Both the position numbers and the translations under genes were made by a program. From Nitrososphaeraceae archaeon (GTDB lineage Archaea > Thermoproteota > Nitrososphaeria > Nitrososphaerales > Nitrososphaeraceae): DNA of 64,000 nucleotides. Below, one piece after another: positions 30,511-40,645 of the stretch. The stretch lies in contig DATGZA010000067.1 of assembly GCA_035297365.1 (NCBI GenBank), positions 1 through 64,000 of the forward strand, read 5' to 3'. Positions within the stretch are counted from its first letter, which is position 1. Each line of letters starts with the position of its first letter. The notes under the pieces were generated by a model. The model was given only the letters and a program-made list of their open reading frames with translations, searched no databases and was not told where the DNA came from.

Positions 30511-30931
30511 TATTTATTCGGGAACTTTTTTTGGTGATGCTAAAAATATGTTTAGATACAAAATACGTTGTGATTCCTGTCAAAGTACCCATTATCGCTG
30601 CCTTTGAGATAGCAGATGAGGTTTTGTCATTTTCACTTTTTTTCTTATTATAATATGATCTTCCTATTTTGCTACCAAAAGATGATGCTAAAATTAAGCA
30701 TATTATTTCTTCTGGAGAATCTTTTATTAAATGTCCGATAGGATCCTCTCTAGGATCTACACTGTCCATGTGTAGACTATAATAGTCATTATATTCTCTG
30801 ATATGTAAATTTCCATATCTATATTGTTTTTTTGCATTTTTTCTACTACCTAAAACTGTTTTATCATAATCCATTATTGGTCTGACAGATTTAGGAACTA
30901 AAATATTCCTATCACAGTCAATGAAATTCAT
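30500..30931 (-). CDS. Conserved archaeal hypothetical membrane-associated protein
   Basis: QYRYGNLHIREY..HMDSVDP..DPIGHL domain followed by hydrophobic helices; overlaps the kinase start. Confidence 0.75.
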   Translation of the reverse strand: MNFIDCDRNILVPKSVRPIMDYDKTVLGSRKNAKKQYRYGNLHIREYNDYYSLHMDSVDPREDPIGHLIKDSPEEIICLILASSFGSKIGRSYYNKKKSENDKTSSAISKAAIMGTLTGITTYFVSKHIFSITKKSSRINIED

Positions 30932-31057
30932 CCATATACTTTTTCATAAATGTCATATAAAATTAACTTATTTTTAGCTATAATGAATATTCCCTTCAGT
31001 ATTGAGAATTAATATTATTCTAGGAAAGAATATTTTACGTGTAGAGATGAAAAATAT

Positions 31058-31627
31058 ATGAAAGACATCAAATTATTAAGCAGTAAGAAAGTTTATTCAG
31101 GAAAAATATCTGTTCGAATGGATGAATTTGTGCTGGAAGGAAAAAGAATTCAAAAAGAAGTTGTTGAACATTCTCCTTCTGTTGGTATTATTCCAATTCT
31201 CCCAAATAATGAGATATTCTTGATCACTCAATATAGACGTGCTGCAGGAAAGGTTCTATTAGAAATTCCAGCAGGAAAAATTGAAAATGGAGAAAACAAA
31301 GAACAAGCTGCAAAACGAGAATTATTAGAAGAAATAGGATACTCAGGAAAATTTACTTTTTTGACTCAATGGTATTTAGCACCGGGATATGACACGGAAT
31401 TGATGTATATTTTCTTGGTAACTAATTTAAAAAAGAGATATCATAAACAATGTTTGGACGATGATGAAAATATTAAATTGAAAAAATATTCATTTCAAAC
31501 TGCCATTAAAAAATGTGTAACAGGTGAAATAGTTGATTGCAAGACAGTTGCTGCATTATTTCTTTATAAAGAATATATTGAATTATTTAATAAAAGAATA
31601 CGAAAATTAAATAACAATCAAAGATGA
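31058..31627 (+). CDS. NUDIX hydrolase (ADP-ribose pyrophosphatase-like)
   Basis: Nudix box GKIENGENKEQAAKRELLEEIGY; QYR, LEIPAG, DDDENI. Confidence 0.92.
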   Translation: MKDIKLLSSKKVYSGKISVRMDEFVLEGKRIQKEVVEHSPSVGIIPILPNNEIFLITQYRRAAGKVLLEIPAGKIENGENKEQAAKRELLEEIGYSGKFTFLTQWYLAPGYDTELMYIFLVTNLKKRYHKQCLDDDENIKLKKYSFQTAIKKCVTGEIVDCKTVAALFLYKEYIELFNKRIRKLNNNQR

Positions 31628-32033
31628 TTCTTTGTAAACTTAGATAATATTCGATGAACAAATTTAGTATTCAGCATTTCCATTCTTTTAGGCGTTCTAA
31701 TAGGATTTATTATGATAATATTCAAGAATTTCGAAAGTATATCAAATAAGATAAAAACGTTTACTTCAGTTATAGTTTCTCATGTTCAAGTAGAATCTTT
31801 TTGTTCTAAAATACTAGAATATTTTTATGTGATGTGTACTACTTATAGCAAGAGAATTTAGTCTAACGTACCAAATTATAACAACTATGAAGTATTTTTA
31901 GAATTGAACTTTTTTGATAGGCTATTGTTTTCAAAACTTCAATCTAGAGTAGGCTTCAACAGGATCTCTATTAAGAACAAAATAACTTATAATATTCCAT
32001 AACTAATCTTGTTCTTGAATTAATCTTATCGTT

Positions 32034-32372
32034 TTATGTAGTTAAGGTTAAGATAGCTTGTGCTAGATCTCCTTTTGAATCGGTTAGTGCTTGAATTGCC
32101 TTCTCTTTTGATACATTTGCCTGCTGCATTACTAAGACTATATCTTCATCTTTAAATGATGGTATCTCTCTCTGTTTTTCTTCGATATCCGTTGCTATTA
32201 TTTGGAAAATTGTACTATCTTTTCCTTTCATTTCAATTACCTGTGGTTTTATTAAAAATAATTCCTTTGTTTCAGTTTTAATTATTACTTCTTCTATTCC
32301 GTCCATTTCATTCATTTCTAGACCCATTTTTCCGAGCATTCTACGCATCTCCCTATTTCCACCACGCATCAT
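32034..32372 (-). CDS. nac: Nascent polypeptide-associated complex protein
   Basis: RRMLGKMGL, EEVIIKT, C-terminal UBA-like EDIVLVMQQANVSKEKAIQAL..GDLAQAI. Confidence 0.95.
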   Translation of the reverse strand: MMRGGNREMRRMLGKMGLEMNEMDGIEEVIIKTETKELFLIKPQVIEMKGKDSTIFQIIATDIEEKQREIPSFKDEDIVLVMQQANVSKEKAIQALTDSKGDLAQAILTLTT

Positions 32373-32383
32373 TTCTTATTACC

Positions 32384-32869
32384 TCATTTATCTGGGGAAT
32401 TTCTGCTTTTTATTCCTTCTCTAATCTTTATCGCTACACCGTGCTGAAGTTTGTTCATAAATAAATGTGAGCATATTGACTTTCCAACTGCTAATACTTT
32501 TTTATCTCTATCAATCACTACTACCTCAGAACCAATATTGATATTGTTTCCACACCACTCTACATGTTTACAAAATAACGATTTTCCTTTAATGATGAAT
32601 GGTATTGCTTCTTCTTTGGGTATCACACAATTTTGTTTAAATTCTTTATATTCCATCATCTTCTCAGCGCCAAATATTGTTAAGGCTAAATGACCATCCT
32701 TGCGCAATGTGGCAAATAATTTAGAACCAATACTAAAATTCTTTATTCTACCTGTTTTTTTAGAGAATTCACACTGGATTTCTGGAAGCTCATCCCTTAC
32801 CTCTGTATCAAAAATGAGCTTTATATGACCAGTTAATTTTCTTTTGGGATCTAATAATAATGGTTTCAA
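32384..32869 (-). CDS. PUA-domain RNA-binding protein (ArcTGT C-terminal-like)
   Basis: SKKTGRIKN..LFATLRKDG; GKSLFCKHV..GSEVVVID..LAVGK..GVAIKIREG. Confidence 0.88.
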   Translation of the reverse strand: MKPLLLDPKRKLTGHIKLIFDTEVRDELPEIQCEFSKKTGRIKNFSIGSKLFATLRKDGHLALTIFGAEKMMEYKEFKQNCVIPKEEAIPFIIKGKSLFCKHVEWCGNNINIGSEVVVIDRDKKVLAVGKSICSHLFMNKLQHGVAIKIREGIKSRNSPDK

Positions 32870-33100
32870 TGATTTTGAATATACTTATTAACAAAATATT
32901 TATCTTTCTTATTTTCTTTTTTTTATAAAGCATTAAAAATGACTTTTCCCATCACGATAAATTTTAGTATATACAAAAATTGGAAAAGTACACGAAATAA
33001 ATAATTTAATATTCTAAAGTTATATAGAATATTTCATATATGATATCTGATTTTGGTAAGTCAATTTATACAAATTTTTTGTTATTATATTACTGTCTTT

Positions 33101-33183
33101 GATATTTACCTTGACTAAGATGTGGTAAGATGAGTTGTGTCAACTGCCCGAATTAGTGATTAGTGTAAGTTAAGTATCTCATA
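33101..33183 (+). ncRNA. Candidate K-turn hairpin RNA (H/ACA-guide-like architecture)
   Basis: Basal stem GATATTTA/TAAGTATC; upper stem ACTAA/TTAGT closed by GA (33119-20) and GTGA (33156-59); inner AGTTG/CAACT hairpin; ATA at 33181-83. Confidence 0.35.
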
Positions 33184-33304
33184 TTTCATCATTAGCTTCT
33201 TTTACGCATAGAAAACTAATAAGATCGCAGGAAAATAATACCAAACTATATTTACATCTCAAAAAGAAAAAGACTTTATTTCTTGCTCTATGTATTGTTG
33301 ATAT

Positions 33305-33751
33305 ATGTCATCTTTTTGTGAATTATGTGGTAATCCAATACAAGGTCTAAAAACTGTTATTATCGATGGTAGTCTTTTTAATGTATGTTTATCTTGTTCT
33401 AAACGAGGGAAGGCATATCAACCGTCTACTGCAAAAAAACAAGTTGTAAAACAAACACAAGGTACGCCTTCACCTAAAAAACCTTCCATGATTAGGTATA
33501 ATAAAATTGATATTTTTGATGAGAGTGTATTGAAACCGGAGTTTGCCAAAATTATACATCAAGCTAGGATGAAAAAAGGTTACACTCAAGAATATGTTGC
33601 TAACAAGATTAACGAAAAAGTCATCTTGTTTAAAAAAATAGAAAGCGGAGGAATTAAACCAGATGAATTATTATGTAAGAAAATAGAACGTTTTCTGGGT
33701 ATTCAGTTGTATCAAAGACTAGTTGAAGAAGATGATGAAGATGAAACTTGA
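33305..33751 (+). CDS. Archaeal multiprotein bridging factor aMBF1
   Basis: N-terminal CELCG..VCLSC zinc ribbon and C-terminal Cro-type HTH (ARMKKGYTQE..KIESG..KPD). Confidence 0.93.
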   Translation: MSSFCELCGNPIQGLKTVIIDGSLFNVCLSCSKRGKAYQPSTAKKQVVKQTQGTPSPKKPSMIRYNKIDIFDESVLKPEFAKIIHQARMKKGYTQEYVANKINEKVILFKKIESGGIKPDELLCKKIERFLGIQLYQRLVEEDDEDET

Positions 33752-34861
33752 ATGAATGTTACTAATGCAATTTTAATAACGTATCCTACGGAAGAATCGA
33801 TCAACGAAGCTTTATCATTATCTGAAGCAGCTGGTTATAAGATTGAAAAAATAGTCAAACAGAAACATATAACAAAATCAAAATATGGGATAGGAAAAGG
33901 TAAGGCTCAAGAAGTTAATGACATGCTGAAAGAACTAAAAATAAACGTTATTATCTTTGATGAAGTTTTAAAGCCTAGTCAACAATATAATTTAGCAAGT
34001 TTATGTAAGAAAGATGTTATAGATAGGGAGCGTATCATTTTAGAGATCTTCGAACGCAGGGCAAGTAATTCGGAATCTCGTATTCAGATCAAATTAGCCC
34101 AATTAAGATACGAAACGATAAGAATCCGTGAAAAAGTTCGACTAGCTAAAATGGGAGAACAACCCGGTTTTTTTGGTCTAGGCAAATACGATGCAGATGT
34201 TTATATGTTAGATGTCAAATCGCGTATGTCTGTTTTAAAGAAGAAATTAGAGAAAGAAGAGAAAAGGAGAAATTTATATCGCATTCAAAGAAACAAAATA
34301 GGTATTCCTATAATTTCATTGGTTGGTTATACTTCAGCTGGGAAGACTACTTTATTTAATACTTTGACCGGAGAATCCAAGATTACTGGACAGGGAATGT
34401 TCACTACATTATCTACATTTACACGTGCTATGAATCTTAATGAAAACAAAGTATTGGTAACAGATACAGTTGGTTTCATTAATAAGTTACCTGCTTATAT
34501 GATAGATGCTTTTAAATCAACTTTACATGAACTATTATTTTCAAAACTTATATTATTAGTGATAGATATTAGTCAAAAAATAAAAGATATCAGAATTAAA
34601 TTGAATAGTTCTCTTCATATAATGAATGAATTACAAGTTCCCACCGGTAAAATAATTTATTTACTGAATAAAATTGATTTAACTGATCTCAATGATGCTT
34701 ATGATAAATCGATTGATTTAGGATTATCTAATTCTGAACATATAGTTTTGCCAATTTCATCTACTAATGGACATAATATCAATAAATTAAAAGATTTAAT
34801 TGAGACCATCATATGTGGAAATAAAATTGCTGCGAAAAACAATAGGAAATTTTTCAAATGA
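33752..34861 (+). CDS. hflX: GTPase HflX
   Basis: IGKGK, IDRERIILEIF, VGYTSAGKTT, FTTL, DTVGF, NKID. Confidence 0.95.
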   Translation: MNVTNAILITYPTEESINEALSLSEAAGYKIEKIVKQKHITKSKYGIGKGKAQEVNDMLKELKINVIIFDEVLKPSQQYNLASLCKKDVIDRERIILEIFERRASNSESRIQIKLAQLRYETIRIREKVRLAKMGEQPGFFGLGKYDADVYMLDVKSRMSVLKKKLEKEEKRRNLYRIQRNKIGIPIISLVGYTSAGKTTLFNTLTGESKITGQGMFTTLSTFTRAMNLNENKVLVTDTVGFINKLPAYMIDAFKSTLHELLFSKLILLVIDISQKIKDIRIKLNSSLHIMNELQVPTGKIIYLLNKIDLTDLNDAYDKSIDLGLSNSEHIVLPISSTNGHNINKLKDLIETIICGNKIAAKNNRKFFK

Positions 34862-35391
34862 ATATTGCTATACTTCGTTTAGGACATAGATTAGTTAGAG
34901 ATTATCGTACTACAACTCATGTGGCCTTGGTAGCAAGAGCTTTTGGTTGCAGCAAGCTTTACATGACTGATATTGACGATTCAATAAAATCAACTTTAGC
35001 TGACGTAAATAATAGATGGGGAGACAATAAGTTCAATTTCGAAATTGAACTAGTTACTAATTGGAAGAATATTCTAAAGAGATGGAAGGAAAAGGGCGGA
35101 ACAGTTCTTCATCTTACCATGTATGGAATAAATATTGACGATGTTATTCCAGCAATAAAGAAGAATATCGATCAAATTCTTATAGTTATAGGAGCAGAAA
35201 AGGTTCCAAGTGAAGTTTATAGAATATCCGATTATAATATTGCCGTAGGCAATCAACCACATTCCGAAATAGCTGCTCTTGCGATAACGTTAGATAGAAT
35301 ATTTGAAGGAAAACAACTAAAATTCGATTTTGAATCTGCAAAAATGAAGATAATACCTTCATCAAATGGAAAATCTATAGAGAAAATTTAG
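34858..35391 (+). CDS. tRNA (cytidine56-2'-O)-methyltransferase aTrm56
   Basis: LRLGHR..RD.RTTTHVALVARAFG, HLTMYG, GAEKVP, VGNQPHSEIAALA. Confidence 0.95.
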   Translation: MNIAILRLGHRLVRDYRTTTHVALVARAFGCSKLYMTDIDDSIKSTLADVNNRWGDNKFNFEIELVTNWKNILKRWKEKGGTVLHLTMYGINIDDVIPAIKKNIDQILIVIGAEKVPSEVYRISDYNIAVGNQPHSEIAALAITLDRIFEGKQLKFDFESAKMKIIPSSNGKSIEKI

Positions 35392-35650
35392 TATACATAA
35401 CACCATATTTATTGATTTTAAATTGTACTAAGTAAAAATTGTTTTTAAAAATAATAGTATCATGTACTAACTATTAATTCTATTTCTAAAAAAATTTGGA
35501 TTTCAAATCTTTTCATTATTATTTAACCAAAAAATTATCCATTTAATAAACTATAATATTTATACAATAACTTGCCATAGTATTGAAAGTCTATTGTTTT
35601 AAAATACCATTCCACAAAAAATATAAGGTTTCAAACAACTCAATAATATA

Positions 35651-37492
35651 TTGAAGACAAAAGATTTCATGAAAATTAAGCAAAAACCAAAGTCTTTTAC
35701 TAGACCTGATGAAAAATGGGGTTTAGAAAAGGAAACTGACACTTTTGCTAATCAAGTTAAATTATATCGTCAAGAAAAATTATCTGATGATGATTTTAGA
35801 AGATATAGACTTCAACATGGTGCATATGGTTCCAGGTTGCGTCCAGATTACAGTATGATACGTATCAAAGTTCCTGGTGGTGAAATTACTCCAAACCAGC
35901 TTGAGAAGATCGCACAATTATCAGAATCTTTTTCTATAGGATCTGCTCATGTTTCAACTAGACAAAATATTCAGCTACATTGGGTACAATTAGAAGATGT
36001 AAGTGAGGTTATGAGGGGATTAGTTGAAGTTGGTTTGACCACTAGAGAAGCCTGTGGTAATACTGTAAGAAATATCATGTGTAGCCATTTTGCTGGTGTC
36101 TGTTCTGGAGAAATGTTTGATGCTACTCCTTATTCCAAAGCACTAGCAAAGTTCTTTTTACGTAATCCTATATCTCAAAATTTACCACGTAAATTCAAAA
36201 TTAATTTTGGTTGCTGTGATAATCACGGTCTTGTTAGGATAGCAGACATAGGTTTGATTCCTGATATAAAAGATGGAAAAAAAGGATTTAGAATATATCT
36301 TGGTGGCGGTCTAGGAGCCGCTTCATTTATAGGTCATCTGTTGGAAGATTTTACTCCAGAAGACCATCTTCTATCAACTTGTATGGCTACTATCAGGATA
36401 TTTGACAGACATGGAAATAGAGAAAACATGGCTAGAAATAGAATGCGATATTTGGTAAATGAAATGGGATGGGAGAAATTTCAAAAATTAATCTTGAAGG
36501 AAAGAAAAATAATGCAGATGACAATTTCTGAATCTACACGCGATCTTTTTGCAATACAACAATTCAACTATGATTCTTTCCAGATGTCACTTTCCAAAGC
36601 CCCCAAGTTAAATAGTAAATTGCCACTTGTCAGCGAATCCATTTCCTTAGATAGCTCTGGATATGATCGCTGGTTACACACAAATACTGTAACACAGAAG
36701 CAGAAAGGATACTTTACAATATTTGTAACCTTAGGAGCAGGTGATATAACTGCAAATCAACTAAGATCTTTGGCCGTACTTATTCGCGACTTTTCTATTG
36801 AAGGTGTTGCAAGAAATACACCACAACAAAATTTCGCAATACGATATGTTCATTACAATGATTTGTCCAAGGTTTATAAAAGATTAAATGGTAGTGGATT
36901 GGCAAATCCTGGTGCGTTGACAATAACGTCAGCAGTAGGTTGTTCGGGTACTACATCTTGCAATCTAGCAATCACCAATTCTCACAGATTAGCAAAGGAA
37001 GTGCAACGTAATCTTTTAGAGCTAGGTTTTGATATTGATGACAGTCTTCGTACCTCGACAATCAAAATAAGTGGATGTCCTAATTCCTGTGGACAACACG
37101 AAATTGCAACCATCGGATTTTTTGGTGGTGCGGCAAGAATAGGTGATACAATGGCACCAGTATATACCATGCTGTTTGGAGGAAGCTCAGGGGAAGAATC
37201 TAAATTGGGGAAAGCCATTATGCGTGTACCTGCCAAAAGAGTCATAGAAGTTATTCAGAAAATAGTGGAATTATATAAACAAGAAAAATCTAATGAACCA
37301 TTGAGCTTGTGGATAGATCATATTTTGGCTGGTAATGCAAATGGTACTATAAAAAGTATAGAAGATATTAAAACTGCTCTGATTCCAATAGTGCAACTTA
37401 CTCCATCTGAAGATTCTCCTGATTTATATCAGGATTACGGAAACGATATTAAATTTAGTGCAAAAACTGCCAGGGGCGAATGCGCCGCTTGA
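35651..37492 (+). CDS. Ferredoxin-dependent sulfite/nitrite reductase (siroheme)
   Basis: MIRIKVPGG, STRQNIQLH, LPRKFK, CSGTTSC...ISGCPNSCGQH siroheme-[4Fe-4S] ligands. The adjacent rhodanese suggests sulfite assimilation. Confidence 0.92.
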   Translation: MKTKDFMKIKQKPKSFTRPDEKWGLEKETDTFANQVKLYRQEKLSDDDFRRYRLQHGAYGSRLRPDYSMIRIKVPGGEITPNQLEKIAQLSESFSIGSAHVSTRQNIQLHWVQLEDVSEVMRGLVEVGLTTREACGNTVRNIMCSHFAGVCSGEMFDATPYSKALAKFFLRNPISQNLPRKFKINFGCCDNHGLVRIADIGLIPDIKDGKKGFRIYLGGGLGAASFIGHLLEDFTPEDHLLSTCMATIRIFDRHGNRENMARNRMRYLVNEMGWEKFQKLILKERKIMQMTISESTRDLFAIQQFNYDSFQMSLSKAPKLNSKLPLVSESISLDSSGYDRWLHTNTVTQKQKGYFTIFVTLGAGDITANQLRSLAVLIRDFSIEGVARNTPQQNFAIRYVHYNDLSKVYKRLNGSGLANPGALTITSAVGCSGTTSCNLAITNSHRLAKEVQRNLLELGFDIDDSLRTSTIKISGCPNSCGQHEIATIGFFGGAARIGDTMAPVYTMLFGGSSGEESKLGKAIMRVPAKRVIEVIQKIVELYKQEKSNEPLSLWIDHILAGNANGTIKSIEDIKTALIPIVQLTPSEDSPDLYQDYGNDIKFSAKTARGECAA

Positions 37493-38400
37493 AAAAAAGT
37501 GTTACAATAAAAGAAAATATTAAAAAAAATACACAAAACCGATATAAGAGGCATGTAATACCACCAAAAGATTCTGTTACGAAAAGACAGGAATTAAAAA
37601 AGTCATATTCACCACTTCCAATAATCTGTGATGTAGATACATTAAGAACATTAATCAGAAAAAAATCTGTTAGGGTTGTAGATGTTCGTAGATCCGAAGA
37701 CTATAAGAAAGCACATATTCCCACTGCAGTCTCATTACCTCTTGCAAAAATAATTTCTAATGATACTCCTGAGCAGATCATAAAAATATTGGAAGATATT
37801 GGAGTATCAAATGAAACTCCACTAGTTGTTTATGATGATACTTTTGGAGCTTTAGCTGCAAGAGTAGCATGGACCTTTCAATATGTCGGACATGATAATA
37901 CCTCGTTACTTGAAATGACTTTTACGAATTGGAAAAATCTTGGTTTAGAAATAGAAAAAAAGATTAATACTTTTCCTAGAAAAGTCCATTCTCTAAAATT
38001 AAATCAATCTATTCATGCAGATGCGAACTATGTGGAATCTACACATAATAATCCTAACAAGATCTTGATAGATTCTAGAGAACGACTAAACTTTTTAACA
38101 GAACATATTCCAAACGCAAAAAATATTCCATATACAATGTTGGGAACCGTTGACAACATTTTGCGACCAGTGCAAGATCTGAAACGTTTTATTGAAAATA
38201 GGGGAATTGAACCAGATTCTGAAGTGATTACTTACTGTGGAAGTGTAGGTACGTTATCTGGGCTAGCATACTATGCATTAAAATTGGCTGGAGTCAAAAA
38301 TGTAAAATTATATTCTAAATCATTTAAAGATTGGAAAGCATTAGGTAAGCCAAAAATAGAATTTAAGGATGCAAATTATTGGGATTTATCAGCTGAATGA
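37480..38400 (+). CDS. Tandem-domain rhodanese/sulfurtransferase
   Basis: VDVR, HIPTA, VVYDD, HIPNA, active-site YCGSVG, SFKDW. Confidence 0.92.
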   Translation: MRRLKKSVTIKENIKKNTQNRYKRHVIPPKDSVTKRQELKKSYSPLPIICDVDTLRTLIRKKSVRVVDVRRSEDYKKAHIPTAVSLPLAKIISNDTPEQIIKILEDIGVSNETPLVVYDDTFGALAARVAWTFQYVGHDNTSLLEMTFTNWKNLGLEIEKKINTFPRKVHSLKLNQSIHADANYVESTHNNPNKILIDSRERLNFLTEHIPNAKNIPYTMLGTVDNILRPVQDLKRFIENRGIEPDSEVITYCGSVGTLSGLAYYALKLAGVKNVKLYSKSFKDWKALGKPKIEFKDANYWDLSAE

Positions 38401-38568
38401 TATCTAAGGATTTAATTGGTCGAGGATGGATTTTATCCTATAATTATGTTATAGAGATCCATTATTTTCCCTGACTCCTGAAAACTTCAACATGTAAAAA
38501 GCTTGGTCTATCGACGAAAAAGTTAACCAAATCTTAATTAAAAGTAATTTTTAATCACTTCTCGTAAA

Positions 38569-38961
38569 TTAAGAAATTGGTATCTCACTACCACTCTTTT
38601 TAAGAGGAATACGCAAAGTAACTATCCCATCTAAATAATTGGCAGTTCCAGTTATTTCTTCGTCTTCAACTGAGAAAGGTAAAATTATTTTCTTATTTAT
38701 CTTGGTAGGTCTATGTTTAAAGTAAACTGTACTTGTGCTATCCTCGTTATTGTCTTTTCTATTTGCTTTTATTGAAAGTATATTCTTTGTTATTCTAAGG
38801 TCAATATCCTTTTTATCGAATCCAGGTAAATCAATAATAATCAATAAATCTTTTCCATTATCTAGCATATCTACAGGAGGAAGGACAAATTCATAAAATT
38901 CCTTCGATTTGTTATTAATTTCTTTCATTACTTCTTTTGCCATGTACATCACCAATCCCAT
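38569..38961 (-). CDS. Small heat shock protein (Hsp14/Hsp20 family)
   Basis: PPVDM, IDLPGFDKKDI, ANYLDGIVTLRIP, terminal IPI. Confidence 0.9.
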   Translation of the reverse strand: MGLVMYMAKEVMKEINNKSKEFYEFVLPPVDMLDNGKDLLIIIDLPGFDKKDIDLRITKNILSIKANRKDNNEDSTSTVYFKHRPTKINKKIILPFSVEDEEITGTANYLDGIVTLRIPLKKSGSEIPIS

Positions 38962-39063
38962 ATCTAATTAATTTATACTTTGTTTGAATATAAATCCTTA
39001 TTTTTACCCTTTGATATCGCATGTCATTGAATTGTTTATATCTATCTTTAATGACCTGATTTT

Positions 39064-40326
39064 GTGGCAAATATCGTTCCAGATATCGATCGTCAAGCCG
39101 GTATAGACTGTTATTGTACAGAATTCCCAGGCATAAATGGGAAAATAAAAGAAAAAAATAATGATTTCTATGTTTCCGAATTGATAAATGAATCTTTTTT
39201 AAAATCTCCTTATTTCTCTTCTCAACAGAATAAAACTAATAAATTCCCTCTTTTTTTGTTACAAAAAAATGGCTTGGATTCAAATCATGCTTTAATAGAG
39301 ATCAAAAAGAAAACAGGATTAAATCTAAAAATATTAGGTATCAAGGATGCAAAGGCCATAACAGTTCAATATGCAAGTGCGGAAAATACAAAGAACTTTC
39401 CAAGAGATATTCAAACTTCAAAAATTCGACTATCTTTATTAGGATTTTTGAGCAAACCCTTGTCCAAATCTATACTCATTGGAAACAATTTTGAGATAAG
39501 AATTCATAACGTATTAGAAGATGATCTGAGTTTATTTTCATCAGAAATAAACAAAATAGCTAATTTTTATGGATTGCAACGATTTGGAAGCGAACGTATG
39601 GTGACACATTTAGTTGGAAAAGCTATTTTAAAAAGACAATTTGATAAAGCAATAGAATATTTACTTTGTTATACTTCTATATATGATTCCAAATTCTCAA
39701 AAGAGATCAGAGAAAAGAGTCGAGATCCAAAAAATTATCCTATTCTGATCAAAAATATCCCAAAAGGCATGGATTTAGAAAGAAAAATAATGTCTGTTCT
39801 TGCTGATGGAAAAGGGCCGATTTTTGCATTAAGGTCTCTCCCAATATCCATCAGAAGACTATTTGTTCATGCCTATCAATCCTATGTTTATAATAAGTGC
39901 CTTAGTACAGCAATCCTTAAAGGTGAAGATATTCATATATGCAATAATGGAGATCTATGTTTCGAAATAGAAAAACCATTGATTTTTGGAAAAATAAAAA
40001 AATTTAGCAAAGTTGATTCATATGAAAATATCATTCCAGCAATACGCCTTGTTGGATATAACTTTCAAGCAGGAAAGGATAGTAGATTTGATAATATAAT
40101 TAGAAGAATTTTACATGATGATGAAATATTGCCAAGTAATTTCTACATAAAAGAATTGCAGGAACTAAGTCTACAGACTGGATTTAGACAGACATCTTTA
40201 TGTTGTACTGATTTCATGTATTCAGAATCAACTATTCTTTCCTTCAAATTGCCAAAGGGATCATATGCAACGACTTTGTTAAGAGAATTAATAAAACCTA
40301 AAGATCCAATTAAGTGCGGATTTTAA
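39064..40326 (+). CDS. truD: tRNA pseudouridine(13) synthase TruD
   Basis: DFYVSE, GIKDAKAITVQ, GNNFEI, NFYGLQRFG, AYQSYVYN, FKLPKGSYATTLLRE. Confidence 0.95.
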   Translation: MANIVPDIDRQAGIDCYCTEFPGINGKIKEKNNDFYVSELINESFLKSPYFSSQQNKTNKFPLFLLQKNGLDSNHALIEIKKKTGLNLKILGIKDAKAITVQYASAENTKNFPRDIQTSKIRLSLLGFLSKPLSKSILIGNNFEIRIHNVLEDDLSLFSSEINKIANFYGLQRFGSERMVTHLVGKAILKRQFDKAIEYLLCYTSIYDSKFSKEIREKSRDPKNYPILIKNIPKGMDLERKIMSVLADGKGPIFALRSLPISIRRLFVHAYQSYVYNKCLSTAILKGEDIHICNNGDLCFEIEKPLIFGKIKKFSKVDSYENIIPAIRLVGYNFQAGKDSRFDNIIRRILHDDEILPSNFYIKELQELSLQTGFRQTSLCCTDFMYSESTILSFKLPKGSYATTLLRELIKPKDPIKCGF

Positions 40327-40645
40327 AAATATAGAATTTGATATTTATTAAAGGAAACTAGATGATATAACTTCAATTGTACTTTTGATAAAACGGATTT
40401 CAGGCATTTCAAAGATGAAAGAAAATAATGAATTATGTTTATGTGTTAAAGAAATTCAAATCAAAAACAATTCCAACAACAAATCACTAGTGTTTCCTAG
40501 AATCAAATAATTACTCAATCCAATAAAAACGCAAAAAGTTATTGCTACCAACACAAAGATAAAGTATATCATTAAAATAAAATTGATTGTATCCTTAAAT
40601 TGAGGTATGAAATAAGATATAAAGAAAAGTAACTATTAACTGGGT

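Noticed and set aside
31655-31861. Hydrophobic open stretch (NLVFSISILLGVLIGFIMIIF...) after the NUDIX gene
   Set aside because: No clear start for the hydrophobic part and no family resemblance; may be a relic but cannot be supported.
33120-33152. Resemblance of AACTGCCC to a cobalamin riboswitch element
   Set aside because: The other conserved riboswitch elements are missing, and the flanking genes are not B12-related.
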